Shown here: positions 19,144-28,284 of the stretch, piece by piece
How positions within the stretch are numbered: position 1 is the stretch's first letter
How the letters are laid out: the number at the start of each line of letters is the position of its first letter
Source of the DNA: a virus
IMG/VR virus record: IMGVR_UViG_3300038441_000458
Location: 4,199-68,198 of that record
Reading direction: 5' to 3' (one strand)
Length of the DNA: 64,000 bases
Translations under genes and position numbers: made by a program
The notes under the pieces: generated by a model
The model's database searches: none
What the model saw: the letters and a program-made list of their open reading frames with translations, nothing else
Told to the model about the DNA's origin: nothing

Positions 19144-19629
19144 ATGGCGACAATCACACCAGCAGGCAAGGCGCGAGCGACCCCGGAACTTCGGGACAGG
19201 GCTCGGGCACTCGCCGACCAGGGACACACGAAGAAAGAGATTCTGGAAGAACTGAACGTTCACGAATCGACGCTGGCACGGTGGCTACCGGCGACCAGGG
19301 ATGAGAAGCGGCGCGAGGCGATGGAGGCGCTGCGCGACCAGGGAGCGACCTACGAGACCATCGGCGCGCGGTTTGGGATCACGCGCCAGGCGGTGGCACA
19401 GATACTCGGACCACGGCGCAAGGCGGAGCGCGGCATCCGGCGCAACATCAACCTCGGGGCGGATCGGTGGGACGGGTTGCGAGCGGCAGCGAAGGCGCTC
19501 GGGCTGATCTACGCAGACGGCACGAAGGAAGGACGCGGCAGCATCATCCTGTTGCTGGACGCTATCGGCAGAGGCGACGCAAGGGTGGAGTGGAACGGAG
19601 GAGCGCGAGGACTTGGGGAGCCCGAATAA
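19144..19629 (+). CDS. Tandem-HTH DNA-binding protein, candidate repressor
   Basis: HTH1 TKKEILEELNVHESTLARW; HTH2 TYETIGARFGITRQAVAQIL; GGAGG RBS. Confidence 0.8.
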   Translation: MATITPAGKARATPELRDRARALADQGHTKKEILEELNVHESTLARWLPATRDEKRREAMEALRDQGATYETIGARFGITRQAVAQILGPRRKAERGIRRNINLGADRWDGLRAAAKALGLIYADGTKEGRGSIILLLDAIGRGDARVEWNGGARGLGEPE

Positions 19630-19653
19630 GGCTCCCCAAAATTGGCCCTTACA

Positions 19654-19749
19654 AACGCTTGACAACAGGCGCGCCAGGCCCCATGATTCAGCCATGAGGT
19701 TGAGGGAGCCGGAAGGACCGGAGCCCGAAGACCGGAAGGGCAATCGACC
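19654..19749 (+). promoter_or_regulatory. Repeated promoter-leader cassette 4
   Basis: TTGACA-N17-CATGAT, AGGTTGAGG, ccgg-AAGGA-ccgg, GAAGGGCAA. Confidence 0.85.
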
Positions 19750-20016
19750 ATGACGACATGTACCCGATGCGACGGAACCGGCAAGACGATCTATCGCAAT
19801 CGCGGCGGCGTCTGCTTCAAGTGCTGGGGCACCGGCGACAGCGCGCATCCGGGTACGCCAGACGTTATCACCAGCCGGTTCGAGTACGCCGTCTCGCAGG
19901 ACCTCATTGACCGGCACTCGGCACAGAAGGCGGAGGCAACCGCGACACTGGGATACGAGCCGAAGACCGTTGGAGAAATCGAGGCGGCGACCGGCCGGGA
20001 AATGGACTGGTTCTAG
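19750..20016 (+). CDS. Zn-finger (CxxCxGxG) protein (cassette gene)
   Basis: CTRCDGTG...CFKCWGTG. Confidence 0.75.
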   Translation: MTTCTRCDGTGKTIYRNRGGVCFKCWGTGDSAHPGTPDVITSRFEYAVSQDLIDRHSAQKAEATATLGYEPKTVGEIEAATGREMDWF

Positions 20017-20071
20017 AGAACGGGAGCCCGGTTCCGGGCTCCCACCACCACGCAGGAGAGGAGCGGGATCG

Positions 20072-20332
20072 GTGACCGGACGCCAGGAAATCATCTACCT
20101 TCACGAAAGGCTATTCAGGATGCAGAAGGAAGCGCAGCACAACGGCGTTTCGCCGCATACGCTGGAAGGCTACGTCGAGACCAGGAACGCGGCGAACGCA
20201 GCCCTCAGCAACGCGGTTGAGAGCGGCACCTTCGACTTCGAGAAGTTCAGCCAGCACATGACGACGCTGCGCCAGGACGTCTTCTCGGACGGGCGGGAGC
20301 CGGACACGAACGACGAAGGAAGCGACAACTAG
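20072..20332 (+). CDS. Hypothetical protein
   Basis: GTG start after hairpin 20022-20043 and GAGGAG. Confidence 0.55.
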   Translation: MTGRQEIIYLHERLFRMQKEAQHNGVSPHTLEGYVETRNAANAALSNAVESGTFDFEKFSQHMTTLRQDVFSDGREPDTNDEGSDN

Positions 20333-20396
20333 CCGGAAGGTTGCTACCATTGCGCTACGACAACTTGTAGCGCAATGTGGCATCAGGGAGCATGAC

Positions 20397-21035
20397 GTGG
20401 CAGAGAGCAGTTGGCAGAACAGGATCACCAGGACCGGCGAGGAGGACCCGCGAGACCTCCAGGCAAACCCGGCGAACTGGCGCACGCATGGCCAGGAGCA
20501 GCGAGACATTGCCGTGGCGATGATCGGCTCGACCGGGTGGGTGCGAGACGTGATCGTCAATGAGACGACCGGGCACCTGCTGGACGGGCACATGCGCGTC
20601 GCCCTTGCCGTGGAGCGCAGGATGCCAACGGTGCCCGTCTCATACGTGGCACTGACAGAGGAGGAGGAGGCGCTGGCACTGGCGACCTTCGACCCGCTGG
20701 CAGAGTTGGCGCTCACGGACACCGGGAAGCTGAGCCAGGCGATGCGGAACGGCAACGTCGAGGATTGGGCAAGCGCCTTGCTCGGCGCGATGCGCGAGCG
20801 CGCGGGAGCACCGGACGAACTGCCGACCGGAGCGGTAGCGTTCCGCGAGGAAGCGATGGACTCCTACCTGAACGGCGACCAGCGGCAGATACACGTCCCG
20901 ATGCTGGTCGAGGAGTACGTCGTGGCAGACATGGCGATGGGCGCGATCAAGACGGCGCTCGACTTCGGGCGCAACACGGACGTGCTGCTGTGGCTGATCG
21001 AGCAGGACCAGGAAGCGCAGGCGACAACGGTATGA
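20397..21035 (+). CDS. ParB-N-terminal-domain protein, paralog 1
   Basis: NPANWRTH...VIVNETTGHLLDGHMR. Confidence 0.8.
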   Translation: MAESSWQNRITRTGEEDPRDLQANPANWRTHGQEQRDIAVAMIGSTGWVRDVIVNETTGHLLDGHMRVALAVERRMPTVPVSYVALTEEEEALALATFDPLAELALTDTGKLSQAMRNGNVEDWASALLGAMRERAGAPDELPTGAVAFREEAMDSYLNGDQRQIHVPMLVEEYVVADMAMGAIKTALDFGRNTDVLLWLIEQDQEAQATTV

Positions 21036-21718
21036 CAGAGACATGGGAGCAGCGGATTGTCGGACACGCCGAAGTTGACCCGGCGACCCTGAAGGCGCAT
21101 CCGGGGAACTGGCGCGTCCACCCGACGAAGCAGCGCAGCGCGATGGGAGACGTTCTCGGTGATCTGGGGTGGATTCAGGGCATCCTGGTCAACCAGCGAA
21201 GCGGCTACGTGCTGGACGGGCACATGCGGTTGGACATGGCGGTACGCACCGGCCAGGCGACCGTGCCAGTGACCTACGTGGACCTCAGCGATGAGGAGGA
21301 AATGCGGGTGCTGGCGACCCTGAATCCGCTCGGGGCGTTGGCCGGCACGGATGAAGGCAAGCGGGCGGCGTTGCGGGAACTGATGCACACGGAGCGCGAG
21401 AGCCTGCGGCTGTTGGCCGGGTTCGCAGCGGAGAGCCAGGAGCCAGCAGAGGACGATGACCGGGCGGCGCTGGTTCACGATCACACGGCGGCAATCGTGG
21501 CGGGCGACGATGAAGACGGCGAGGACCTTGCCGAAGACTACGGCTCATTCGAGGACCAGTACAGCGGCACGTCGATCAAGCTCATCAACTTCGTTATGAC
21601 GAAGGAGGAGTTCGAGACGATCATCACGGCGCTGGAAGTAATCGGCGAGCGCGAGAATCTGGCGAGCAACGCAGACGTGGTCCTGTGGCTGTTGGAAGAA
21701 TACGAAGTCGAACGCTGA
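21032..21718 (+). CDS. ParB-N-terminal-domain protein, paralog 2
   Basis: HPGNWRVH...ILVNQRSGYVLDGHMR. Confidence 0.8.
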   Translation: MTETWEQRIVGHAEVDPATLKAHPGNWRVHPTKQRSAMGDVLGDLGWIQGILVNQRSGYVLDGHMRLDMAVRTGQATVPVTYVDLSDEEEMRVLATLNPLGALAGTDEGKRAALRELMHTERESLRLLAGFAAESQEPAEDDDRAALVHDHTAAIVAGDDEDGEDLAEDYGSFEDQYSGTSIKLINFVMTKEEFETIITALEVIGERENLASNADVVLWLLEEYEVER

Positions 21719-21733
21719 ATATTCGTCGACGAA

Positions 21734-21829
21734 AACACTTGACAACGGACGCGCCTACCCCCATACTTCACTCATCAGGTTGAGGGAGGCGGGAAGGACC
21801 CGCCACCCGACACCGGAAGGGCAAGCACA
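21734..21829 (+). promoter_or_regulatory. Repeated promoter-leader cassette 5
   Basis: TTGACA-N17-CATACT, ggcggg-AAGGA-cccgcc, GAAGGGCAA. Confidence 0.85.
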
Positions 21830-22123
21830 ATGTTCATGGCGCAGTTCCGATCCACCGGCGAGACCGAGTTCAAGACCTTCTACGGACCAGTCTTCACCCG
21901 CACTCGGGCGCAGGAAGCAATCGACGACGCGGCACCATGCGGCCGCGAGTACCGGATCGTGGAGACACCGGAGTTGTTCAACATCGACATTCTCCCGGAG
22001 ACCATTCGCCACTACTACCCGGCAGAGCGACCGTGGGTCGTGGACCTTGGGCAAGAGAACAACTGGAACACCTTCGCCACCCGCGAAGCAGCCGAACAGT
22101 TCATGGCGGAGGAGCGATCATGA
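21830..22123 (+). CDS. Hypothetical protein (cassette gene)
   Basis: ORF behind the cassette leader. Confidence 0.75.
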   Translation: MFMAQFRSTGETEFKTFYGPVFTRTRAQEAIDDAAPCGREYRIVETPELFNIDILPETIRHYYPAERPWVVDLGQENNWNTFATREAAEQFMAEERS

Positions 22124-22800
22124 GACTGCTCGACCTCTTCTGCGGAGCCGGAGGAGCCGGAGAAGGCTACCGGCGAGCGGGATTCGATGTGACCGGCGTG
22201 GACCTGAGTGCCATGCCGGAGAACCCGCACACGTTCATCCAGGCGGATGCGCTCGACTACCTGCGCGAGCACGGACACGAATACGACGCGATCCACGCCA
22301 GCCCGCCATGTCAGGCGCACAGCATCACCCGGAACATCTGGAAGGACAACGTCGCGTGGCAGGAGGCGCACACGGACATGATCGGCGCGACGCGTGACCT
22401 GTTGGAGGCGAGCGGCAAGCCCTACGTGATCGAGAACGTTCCCGGCGCACCGCTCCGCAACCCGATCACGCTGTGCGGAAACAGCTTCGGGCTCCGCGTC
22501 TACCGGCACCGGCTGTTCGAGGCGAACTGGATGCTCATGGCGGCACCGCACGTGAAGCACGTCCATCGCGCAAGCTATGGCCGGATTCCGGTTGGCGAGG
22601 AGTTCTACACGATCAGCGGCCACTACGGCGACTTCGCCGGAGCGAGCGCGGCAATGGGCATCGACTGGATGACACATAAGCAACTGGCGCAGGCGATCCC
22701 GCCAGCCTACACGGAGCACATCGGTTTACAGTTACGGGAGTTGCTGGTAAACTTGCAAGATGAACACAAAGACATGCTCCCTGACGGGATGCGACCGTGA
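22120..22800 (+). CDS. Compact C5-cytosine DNA methyltransferase
   Basis: LDLFCGAGG (I), ASPPCQ (IV), IENV (VI), RHRLF (VIII), QAIPP (X). Confidence 0.85.
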   Translation: MRLLDLFCGAGGAGEGYRRAGFDVTGVDLSAMPENPHTFIQADALDYLREHGHEYDAIHASPPCQAHSITRNIWKDNVAWQEAHTDMIGATRDLLEASGKPYVIENVPGAPLRNPITLCGNSFGLRVYRHRLFEANWMLMAAPHVKHVHRASYGRIPVGEEFYTISGHYGDFAGASAAMGIDWMTHKQLAQAIPPAYTEHIGLQLRELLVNLQDEHKDMLPDGMRP

Positions 22801-23290
22801 ACATTACGCGAGAGGATACTGTGCCCTTCACTATCAGCGGTGGCGCACGAAAGGCGACCCCGAACACAAAGGTGATGGACGATTCAGGCCAGGTCCCGAC
22901 CCGCGTCGCCGATCAGAGCGAATGCGTTGCAGCGTTGACGAATGCGATCGAAATGTTGCAAGCAACGGCATGTGTCGGATGCATTGGGGAAGACAACAGC
23001 GCAGGGAAGCAGGAGTACCCGAGCGAAAAAAGTTCTTCGAACCAAGGAACCTCAAGAGCGGATACGTTCAGGTCCACGTTGACGGAAAATGGAAAATGGA
23101 GCACCGGGTTGTCATGGAGAGGCACCTTGGGAGACCCCTCACACCCGAGGAGACAGTTCACCACAAAAACGGACATCGAGCCGACAACAAAATTACCAAC
23201 CTCGAACTGTGGACATCAAAGCACCCTGCCGGACAACGCGCCGAGGACCTACTCGAATTCGCGCGCGAGATCATCAAGTTGTACGGATGA
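22760..23290 (+). CDS. HNH homing-type endonuclease
   Basis: Two CxxxxC...CxxH repeats; EHRVVME...[11 protein letters not shown]...NLELW; more A/T-rich than neighbours. Confidence 0.85.
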   Translation: MNTKTCSLTGCDREHYARGYCALHYQRWRTKGDPEHKGDGRFRPGPDPRRRSERMRCSVDECDRNVASNGMCRMHWGRQQRREAGVPERKKFFEPRNLKSGYVQVHVDGKWKMEHRVVMERHLGRPLTPEETVHHKNGHRADNKITNLELWTSKHPAGQRAEDLLEFAREIIKLYG

Positions 23291-23344
23291 CGATAAGCAC
23301 ATCGGGAACCAACTGATGCGCATTCTGACCGAAGGAGCAAACGA

Positions 23345-24556
23345 ATGAGCAAGGAACTCAGCAAGGTTGGCGACCAGATCACCGTGGTCGATAGCGACGT
23401 TGCCGAAATGAAGGTGACGCTTCACCTCATGGACGGTTGGCTGTCGGTGACAGCAGAGCGTCCACACCACATCTTCCAGGTGCCAGTGCGGGCACCAGCG
23501 CTGATGCAGGCGAGCCCGGAGGAGTCCACGCTACGCCGGATTGCCGACCTCGAGAAGGCGGTGAAGGCGAACGCTGAGATGTGCGACGCGCGATCAACAT
23601 GGGCGCACGAAGCGAATACGCAACTCATGGCAAAGATCAATGCGTTGCAGCCGGAGGCATCAGCGGAGGACCAGGAGTGGACCTGCACGGCGTGTTACGG
23701 ACGCGGCGACGCCAGAGGCGAGAACGATGAAGGGTGGGAGTGCAGCGTGTGCGACGGCACCGGCGAGCAGGAGCCGGAGCCGGAGCCGATCACGGCGCGA
23801 GGACCGAAGGCGCACTCGCTGAAGACGCTGCGGCCGTTCTTCGAGGCGATCAAGCTGCGAGAGAAGACCTTCGAGATACGGAAGAACGACCGCGACTACC
23901 GGGTGGGAGACACGCTGATACTGTGCGAGTGGACCGGCGAGGCGTATACCGGGCGAATGCTGGACACCGAAGTGACCTACATCACGGACTACGACCAGCA
24001 GCCAGGCTACGTCGTGATGGGACTTCGCCTGTTGGAGCGAGGCGTTGACGACCAGGAAGCGTGGGAGGTGATTGCAGAGCGGGCGTGTGATGAATACTTC
24101 GAGCAGCCAATTTGGCATGCCCTCTCTTCGGCCGGGAAGGACTCTTGGCGGCAGGTGGCGCGCGCGGTCGTTGCAGAGGCGGTCAGGCGAGACATTGTGG
24201 TGTCGCACCCGCAACTGAAGCGCGAGCGCGAGAACGTTGCAGCGATCACCCGCGAGAAGACCATCGGCGAGTTCAAGCAGGCACCGTCCCAGCACGTTCC
24301 ACCCGAGGATCAGCCTGCGATGAATGCCGATGAGGCGGCAGACCTCCCCTCGCTGACGTGGGGGCACCTCACGGCCGCACACAATGCGTTCAAGGCGCAT
24401 CGCCAGCAGTATCCAGACGAGAACGCAGAGTGGGGCGCGATGGGCACGGCGATCCTTGCCGCCAGGCGGTACGAGCGCAACCGGAAGACCAGCGACTACC
24501 CGATCCCGGCCGTGTTCGCTGGCCCGTTCCGCAACCGGAAGGAGCCGACCGAATGA
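23345..24556 (+). CDS. Multidomain protein with CxxCxGxG Zn-finger and DUF3850/ASCH domain
   Basis: HSLKTLRPFFEAIKLREKTFEIRKNDRDYRVGDTLIL. Confidence 0.75.
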   Translation: MSKELSKVGDQITVVDSDVAEMKVTLHLMDGWLSVTAERPHHIFQVPVRAPALMQASPEESTLRRIADLEKAVKANAEMCDARSTWAHEANTQLMAKINALQPEASAEDQEWTCTACYGRGDARGENDEGWECSVCDGTGEQEPEPEPITARGPKAHSLKTLRPFFEAIKLREKTFEIRKNDRDYRVGDTLILCEWTGEAYTGRMLDTEVTYITDYDQQPGYVVMGLRLLERGVDDQEAWEVIAERACDEYFEQPIWHALSSAGKDSWRQVARAVVAEAVRRDIVVSHPQLKRERENVAAITREKTIGEFKQAPSQHVPPEDQPAMNADEAADLPSLTWGHLTAAHNAFKAHRQQYPDENAEWGAMGTAILAARRYERNRKTSDYPIPAVFAGPFRNRKEPTE

Positions 24557-25023
24557 GCGACCAGAGCAGCGGCATCATCGGATTCATCAAGGCACGCGAG
24601 CAGGCGCTCGACAACAGCAGGGCGCACACGGAGAGCCCGCTGACCAGCCACCGCGTCGACAAAATCCTTCAGGACTGCCGCATCCGGGAAGGCGAGGACG
24701 AACTGACGATGATCGTCGTCGAAGGCATCCAGCGCGTCTACGGATTCCACCCGCAGCGGTTGGCCGCGCACCGCGAGGACATTCGGCTGATGCTCGGCGA
24801 ACTGGACGATACGTTCCAGGAGGAGAAGGGCGGCTGGTCGTTCCTGAACGCCTGCATGGACCGGCGCGGCGACCAGTGGACAGACCTGCACCCGACGATG
24901 GAGGCGCTGCTGGTGATGGGCCAGGCGCTCGACCTTGGCGCGTTCATGCCAGGACGCGAGTTGTGGCCGATCCTGCCAGGCGGGATGCCGTACTACGTTT
25001 GCGCGAAGGAATGCCGACCATGA
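24553..25023 (+). CDS. Hypothetical phage protein
   Basis: Coupled ORF; GGWSFLNACMDRRGDQW. Confidence 0.7.
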   Translation: MSDQSSGIIGFIKAREQALDNSRAHTESPLTSHRVDKILQDCRIREGEDELTMIVVEGIQRVYGFHPQRLAAHREDIRLMLGELDDTFQEEKGGWSFLNACMDRRGDQWTDLHPTMEALLVMGQALDLGAFMPGRELWPILPGGMPYYVCAKECRP

Positions 25024-25892
25024 GCCAGGCACCATCAGCCGTTCGCGAGCGGGTGCTGACGAAGCGCACGCTGAACCTGAAGGACTACAAGCACCGGAGT
25101 CCGGCAGAGGAGGACTACAGCGAACTCATCACGGAGCCCTCGCTGATCTTCGATGCCGAAACCAACAATCTGGAAATCGTGTATCTGGTGCTGGACGACG
25201 ACACCACGCAGATTGCGGAGGCGTTGCAGCGCATCCGGTTCGGGAAGACGGTGAGGACCAGCGGCCTGGTGACGACCAGCCGGGTGATCGGGAACCAGCC
25301 GCGCAACCTGCCGCAGCGCGACCACTGCACGGCGAGCAGCCTTGCCACGGAGGACCCGGAGGCGCATCACGTGATCGCGTCGTATGCGGAGAAGATCAGC
25401 CAGTACTATCACGACTACAACCCGGCGCTCTACGACCGGCACCAGGAGGCGACGCAGAAGGTGCTCGACGACTGGCGGATGGAAGGGAGCGTCTTCACCA
25501 GCGGCATCATCAACCGGAACAACCCGCTGAGCTACCACTTCGACGCAGGCAACTTCAAGAACGTTTGGAGCAACATGCTGGTGCTGAAGCACGACGTGAC
25601 CGGAGGCTACCTGAGCGTCCCGGAGTACGACGTTGCGTTCGCCTTGCCGAACAACAGCCTACTGATGTTCGACGGGCAGAGCCTCCTGCACGGCGTGACG
25701 CCTATCGGACGGCACAGCGAGGACGCCTACCGCTACAGCATCGTGTTCTACAGCCTGAAGCAGATGTGGCAGTGCCTTCCGGTCACGGACGAATTGATCC
25801 GCATTCGGAAGCGGAGGACAGACCGCGAGCGAGCCCGCGCCAGGGGAGAAGTGGACCAGACGATCATCGACCAGAAGGACCGCAAGCAGTGA
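25020..25892 (+). CDS. TET/JBP-like 2-oxoglutarate Fe(II) dioxygenase
   Basis: FTSGIINRN..YHFDAGN (HxD), LLHGVTP (distal His), RYSIVFY (2OG-binding Arg). Confidence 0.8.
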   Translation: MSQAPSAVRERVLTKRTLNLKDYKHRSPAEEDYSELITEPSLIFDAETNNLEIVYLVLDDDTTQIAEALQRIRFGKTVRTSGLVTTSRVIGNQPRNLPQRDHCTASSLATEDPEAHHVIASYAEKISQYYHDYNPALYDRHQEATQKVLDDWRMEGSVFTSGIINRNNPLSYHFDAGNFKNVWSNMLVLKHDVTGGYLSVPEYDVAFALPNNSLLMFDGQSLLHGVTPIGRHSEDAYRYSIVFYSLKQMWQCLPVTDELIRIRKRRTDRERARARGEVDQTIIDQKDRKQ

Positions 25893-26773
25893 GGACGATA
25901 GACCGGGTAGAACCGGCGTTCGCCGCATTCGCCCGACACCATGTCGAGACGGGCGACATCGACCCGGCGTACCCCGTCCTTCGCTCCCTGATGGATCGTT
26001 GGGGACTTGACACGGAGGAGCGGCTGTGGCTCCTGACGCTGCACCTTGCCTACTACCAGATCGGCAGCGCGATAGTGGCGTTCGACCTGACCGGAGGACG
26101 CGCACGACGGCGCTACCCAGAGGCAATGCGCGACCTTCCCTGCAACACGGAGCGGCGCGGGCTACGCGGCGGGAAGGCGGTGGACTACATCGACATTGTG
26201 AGCCAGGCGACCAGAAACCAGGAGGCGTACTGGTTCACGGACCTTCCCGGCACACCAGAGGCGGCGTTCGACCTGACGTGGGCGAGAGCAGTAGCCTTGC
26301 CGTACAACGGGCGATGGGCGGCGTTCAAGTGGATAGACCTGCTGATGCACACGATGGACGCGCCAATCGCGATGCCGGACATGCGACTCGACCAATGCAC
26401 CGGACCGCGAGAAGGGCTCTCATGGCTCTACGACGATCCGACCGCAAGCACCAGCACGCTCACGCGACACGCTGAGGACGCGCGCGTACGGTTGAAGCAC
26501 CACGGCATCGACGTGCCGTGGGACCAGTTGGAGACCGTTCTGTGCGACTGGAACAGCCTCCGAAAGGGACGGTATTACGTCGGGCACGACATAGATAGCC
26601 AGTTGCACGACCTACGGATTGCGGCAGAGCACACCGGGCTCTACCTGGACAGCATGGAGGCGCGAGCAGAGACCTTCCCGGACGCCTATCTCGGCGAGCG
26701 GCACGGATGGGACGGTCCTGACCGGGAGCGACGCCGCACCTACCGCGACACCGGAGAGGTTGTGCTGCGATGA
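25889..26773 (+). CDS. Amino acid:DNA transferase (aGPT-PPlase clade 2-like)
   Basis: GDIDPAY, TERRGLRG, GRWAAFK..D, ETVLCDWNS..KGRYYVGHDID. Confidence 0.75.
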   Translation: MRTIDRVEPAFAAFARHHVETGDIDPAYPVLRSLMDRWGLDTEERLWLLTLHLAYYQIGSAIVAFDLTGGRARRRYPEAMRDLPCNTERRGLRGGKAVDYIDIVSQATRNQEAYWFTDLPGTPEAAFDLTWARAVALPYNGRWAAFKWIDLLMHTMDAPIAMPDMRLDQCTGPREGLSWLYDDPTASTSTLTRHAEDARVRLKHHGIDVPWDQLETVLCDWNSLRKGRYYVGHDIDSQLHDLRIAAEHTGLYLDSMEARAETFPDAYLGERHGWDGPDRERRRTYRDTGEVVLR

Positions 26774-27672
26774 ACTTGCTGGTGGTGGGAGCCGGATTCT
26801 GGGGAAGCACGGCGGCGATCATTGCCCGCGCGCACGGTCACGCGGTGACGGTGCTGGACGACGGCAACCCGCGAGGCGCGAGCCGAAACGCAGCCGGGAT
26901 GGTGCATCCAGAGTGGTACAAGCACGCCAGCGGTGCAAGCTACCGGATTCCCACGCGCTGGACACCGGCACACATCTCCGAGAGCATCGGGTGGCTAGAG
27001 ACGACATGGGGCGCAACCAGTCGAGGCGAACTGTTCAGCAGTTACCATAACCCGGAAGCGTGGAGACATAAGCCAGGACTCCGCACCCTGCACAACCCGC
27101 TGGCGATCCTGGAGTCGGCAGAGCCGGAGCGGGCGAGGATTACGCACGTCGAGCCCGCGCACCAGGGATGGGCTGCAGTGGCAGAGGACGGCCGCACGTG
27201 GGAGGCACGCACGCTCCTGCTGGCGACCGGCGCATGGACCGATGCCATACTCGAGACCAGCGGGCTTCCACCAGTCGGCGTCGTGCCCTTGCGAGGACAC
27301 GCGCTCATCATCACCGGAGACCTTGTAAGCGACTTGCCCATGACGCGGTATGTCGCACCGTATAGGCACTACACGATCCGGCCATGGTTGAAGCGTGGCC
27401 AGTGGCGAGCAGGCGACACCGTCGAGCGCACCATCAGCACCGAACGCGCAGCGGCAACACTCGGAACCTTGCGCGACTATTGCAAGACCATGATCCCGGA
27501 ACACCAGGAACAGGACGTGCTCGACGGCTATCGACCGATCCGACCAGATCACGGCATGGACGTCGAGACCATCGCCCCAGGATTGCTGGTAGCCACCGGA
27601 GGACACCGCATCGGACTCGGCGTTGCCGCTGTGGCAGCGCACGACGTACTACGACGAATGGAGACACCATGA
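26770..27672 (+). CDS. FAD-dependent oxidoreductase (DAO/glycine-oxidase fold)
   Basis: VVGAGFWG, ASRNAAG, LATGAW, GYRP, ATGGHRIG. Confidence 0.85.
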   Translation: MNLLVVGAGFWGSTAAIIARAHGHAVTVLDDGNPRGASRNAAGMVHPEWYKHASGASYRIPTRWTPAHISESIGWLETTWGATSRGELFSSYHNPEAWRHKPGLRTLHNPLAILESAEPERARITHVEPAHQGWAAVAEDGRTWEARTLLLATGAWTDAILETSGLPPVGVVPLRGHALIITGDLVSDLPMTRYVAPYRHYTIRPWLKRGQWRAGDTVERTISTERAAATLGTLRDYCKTMIPEHQEQDVLDGYRPIRPDHGMDVETIAPGLLVATGGHRIGLGVAAVAAHDVLRRMETP

Positions 27673-28214
27673 CCAGGCGACCACTCCTCTACGTGATCGG
27701 TCCCAGCGGGAGCGGCAAGAGCACGCTGGTACGACACCTGCTCGGCGACCTGACCAGGGCAGAACTGAAGGACCCCATAGGCCATATCCTCTACCGCAGC
27801 GGAGCGATCCAGTTGGGAACCAATCGCACGACCTTCAGCGGCACGGACGCCTTGCCCCTGAACGTCAACCCAAAGGCGATCCGGTTCATCCAGGAGACCA
27901 GCGCACCCGCAGTGATCGCAGAAGGCGACCGGCTGGCTAATGACAAGTTCTTCGACGCAGCGATCAAAGCCGGTTGGGACCTGACCATCGTGTACCTGAG
28001 CATCACCGACGATGAGTGCGCCAGACGGCGCTCAGAGCGTCACCACGCCATGAGCCCGTCGTTTGTGAAGGGCAGGGCAACGAAGTCCGTAAACCTCTAC
28101 AGGCGCTGGCAGGCGAGCGCCAACGTCCTCATCCTCAACGCCAACCGCGCACCAGAGGACATCGCCCGCGAACTCACCAGCCACCCGGCAGTTCGTATAG
28201 CCCGTGGAGGCTAG
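27669..28214 (+). CDS. P-loop nucleotide kinase (5-hydroxymethylpyrimidine DNA kinase-like)
   Basis: GPSGSGKST, FSGTDAL, AEGDRL. Confidence 0.75.
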   Translation: MTRRPLLYVIGPSGSGKSTLVRHLLGDLTRAELKDPIGHILYRSGAIQLGTNRTTFSGTDALPLNVNPKAIRFIQETSAPAVIAEGDRLANDKFFDAAIKAGWDLTIVYLSITDDECARRRSERHHAMSPSFVKGRATKSVNLYRRWQASANVLILNANRAPEDIARELTSHPAVRIARGG

Positions 28215-28222
28215 TCAGGCCG

Positions 28223-28265
28223 TTGACATAACCAGCAGAGGCGGGTAGCATAAACACTTGACAAC
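28223..28265 (+). promoter_or_regulatory. Promoter of the packaging genes with overlapping AACACTTGACAAC box
   Basis: TTGACA-N17-TAGCAT followed by AAACACTTGACAAC at about +1. Confidence 0.65.
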
Positions 28266-28284
28266 AGATAAGGGAGCCAGAGTT

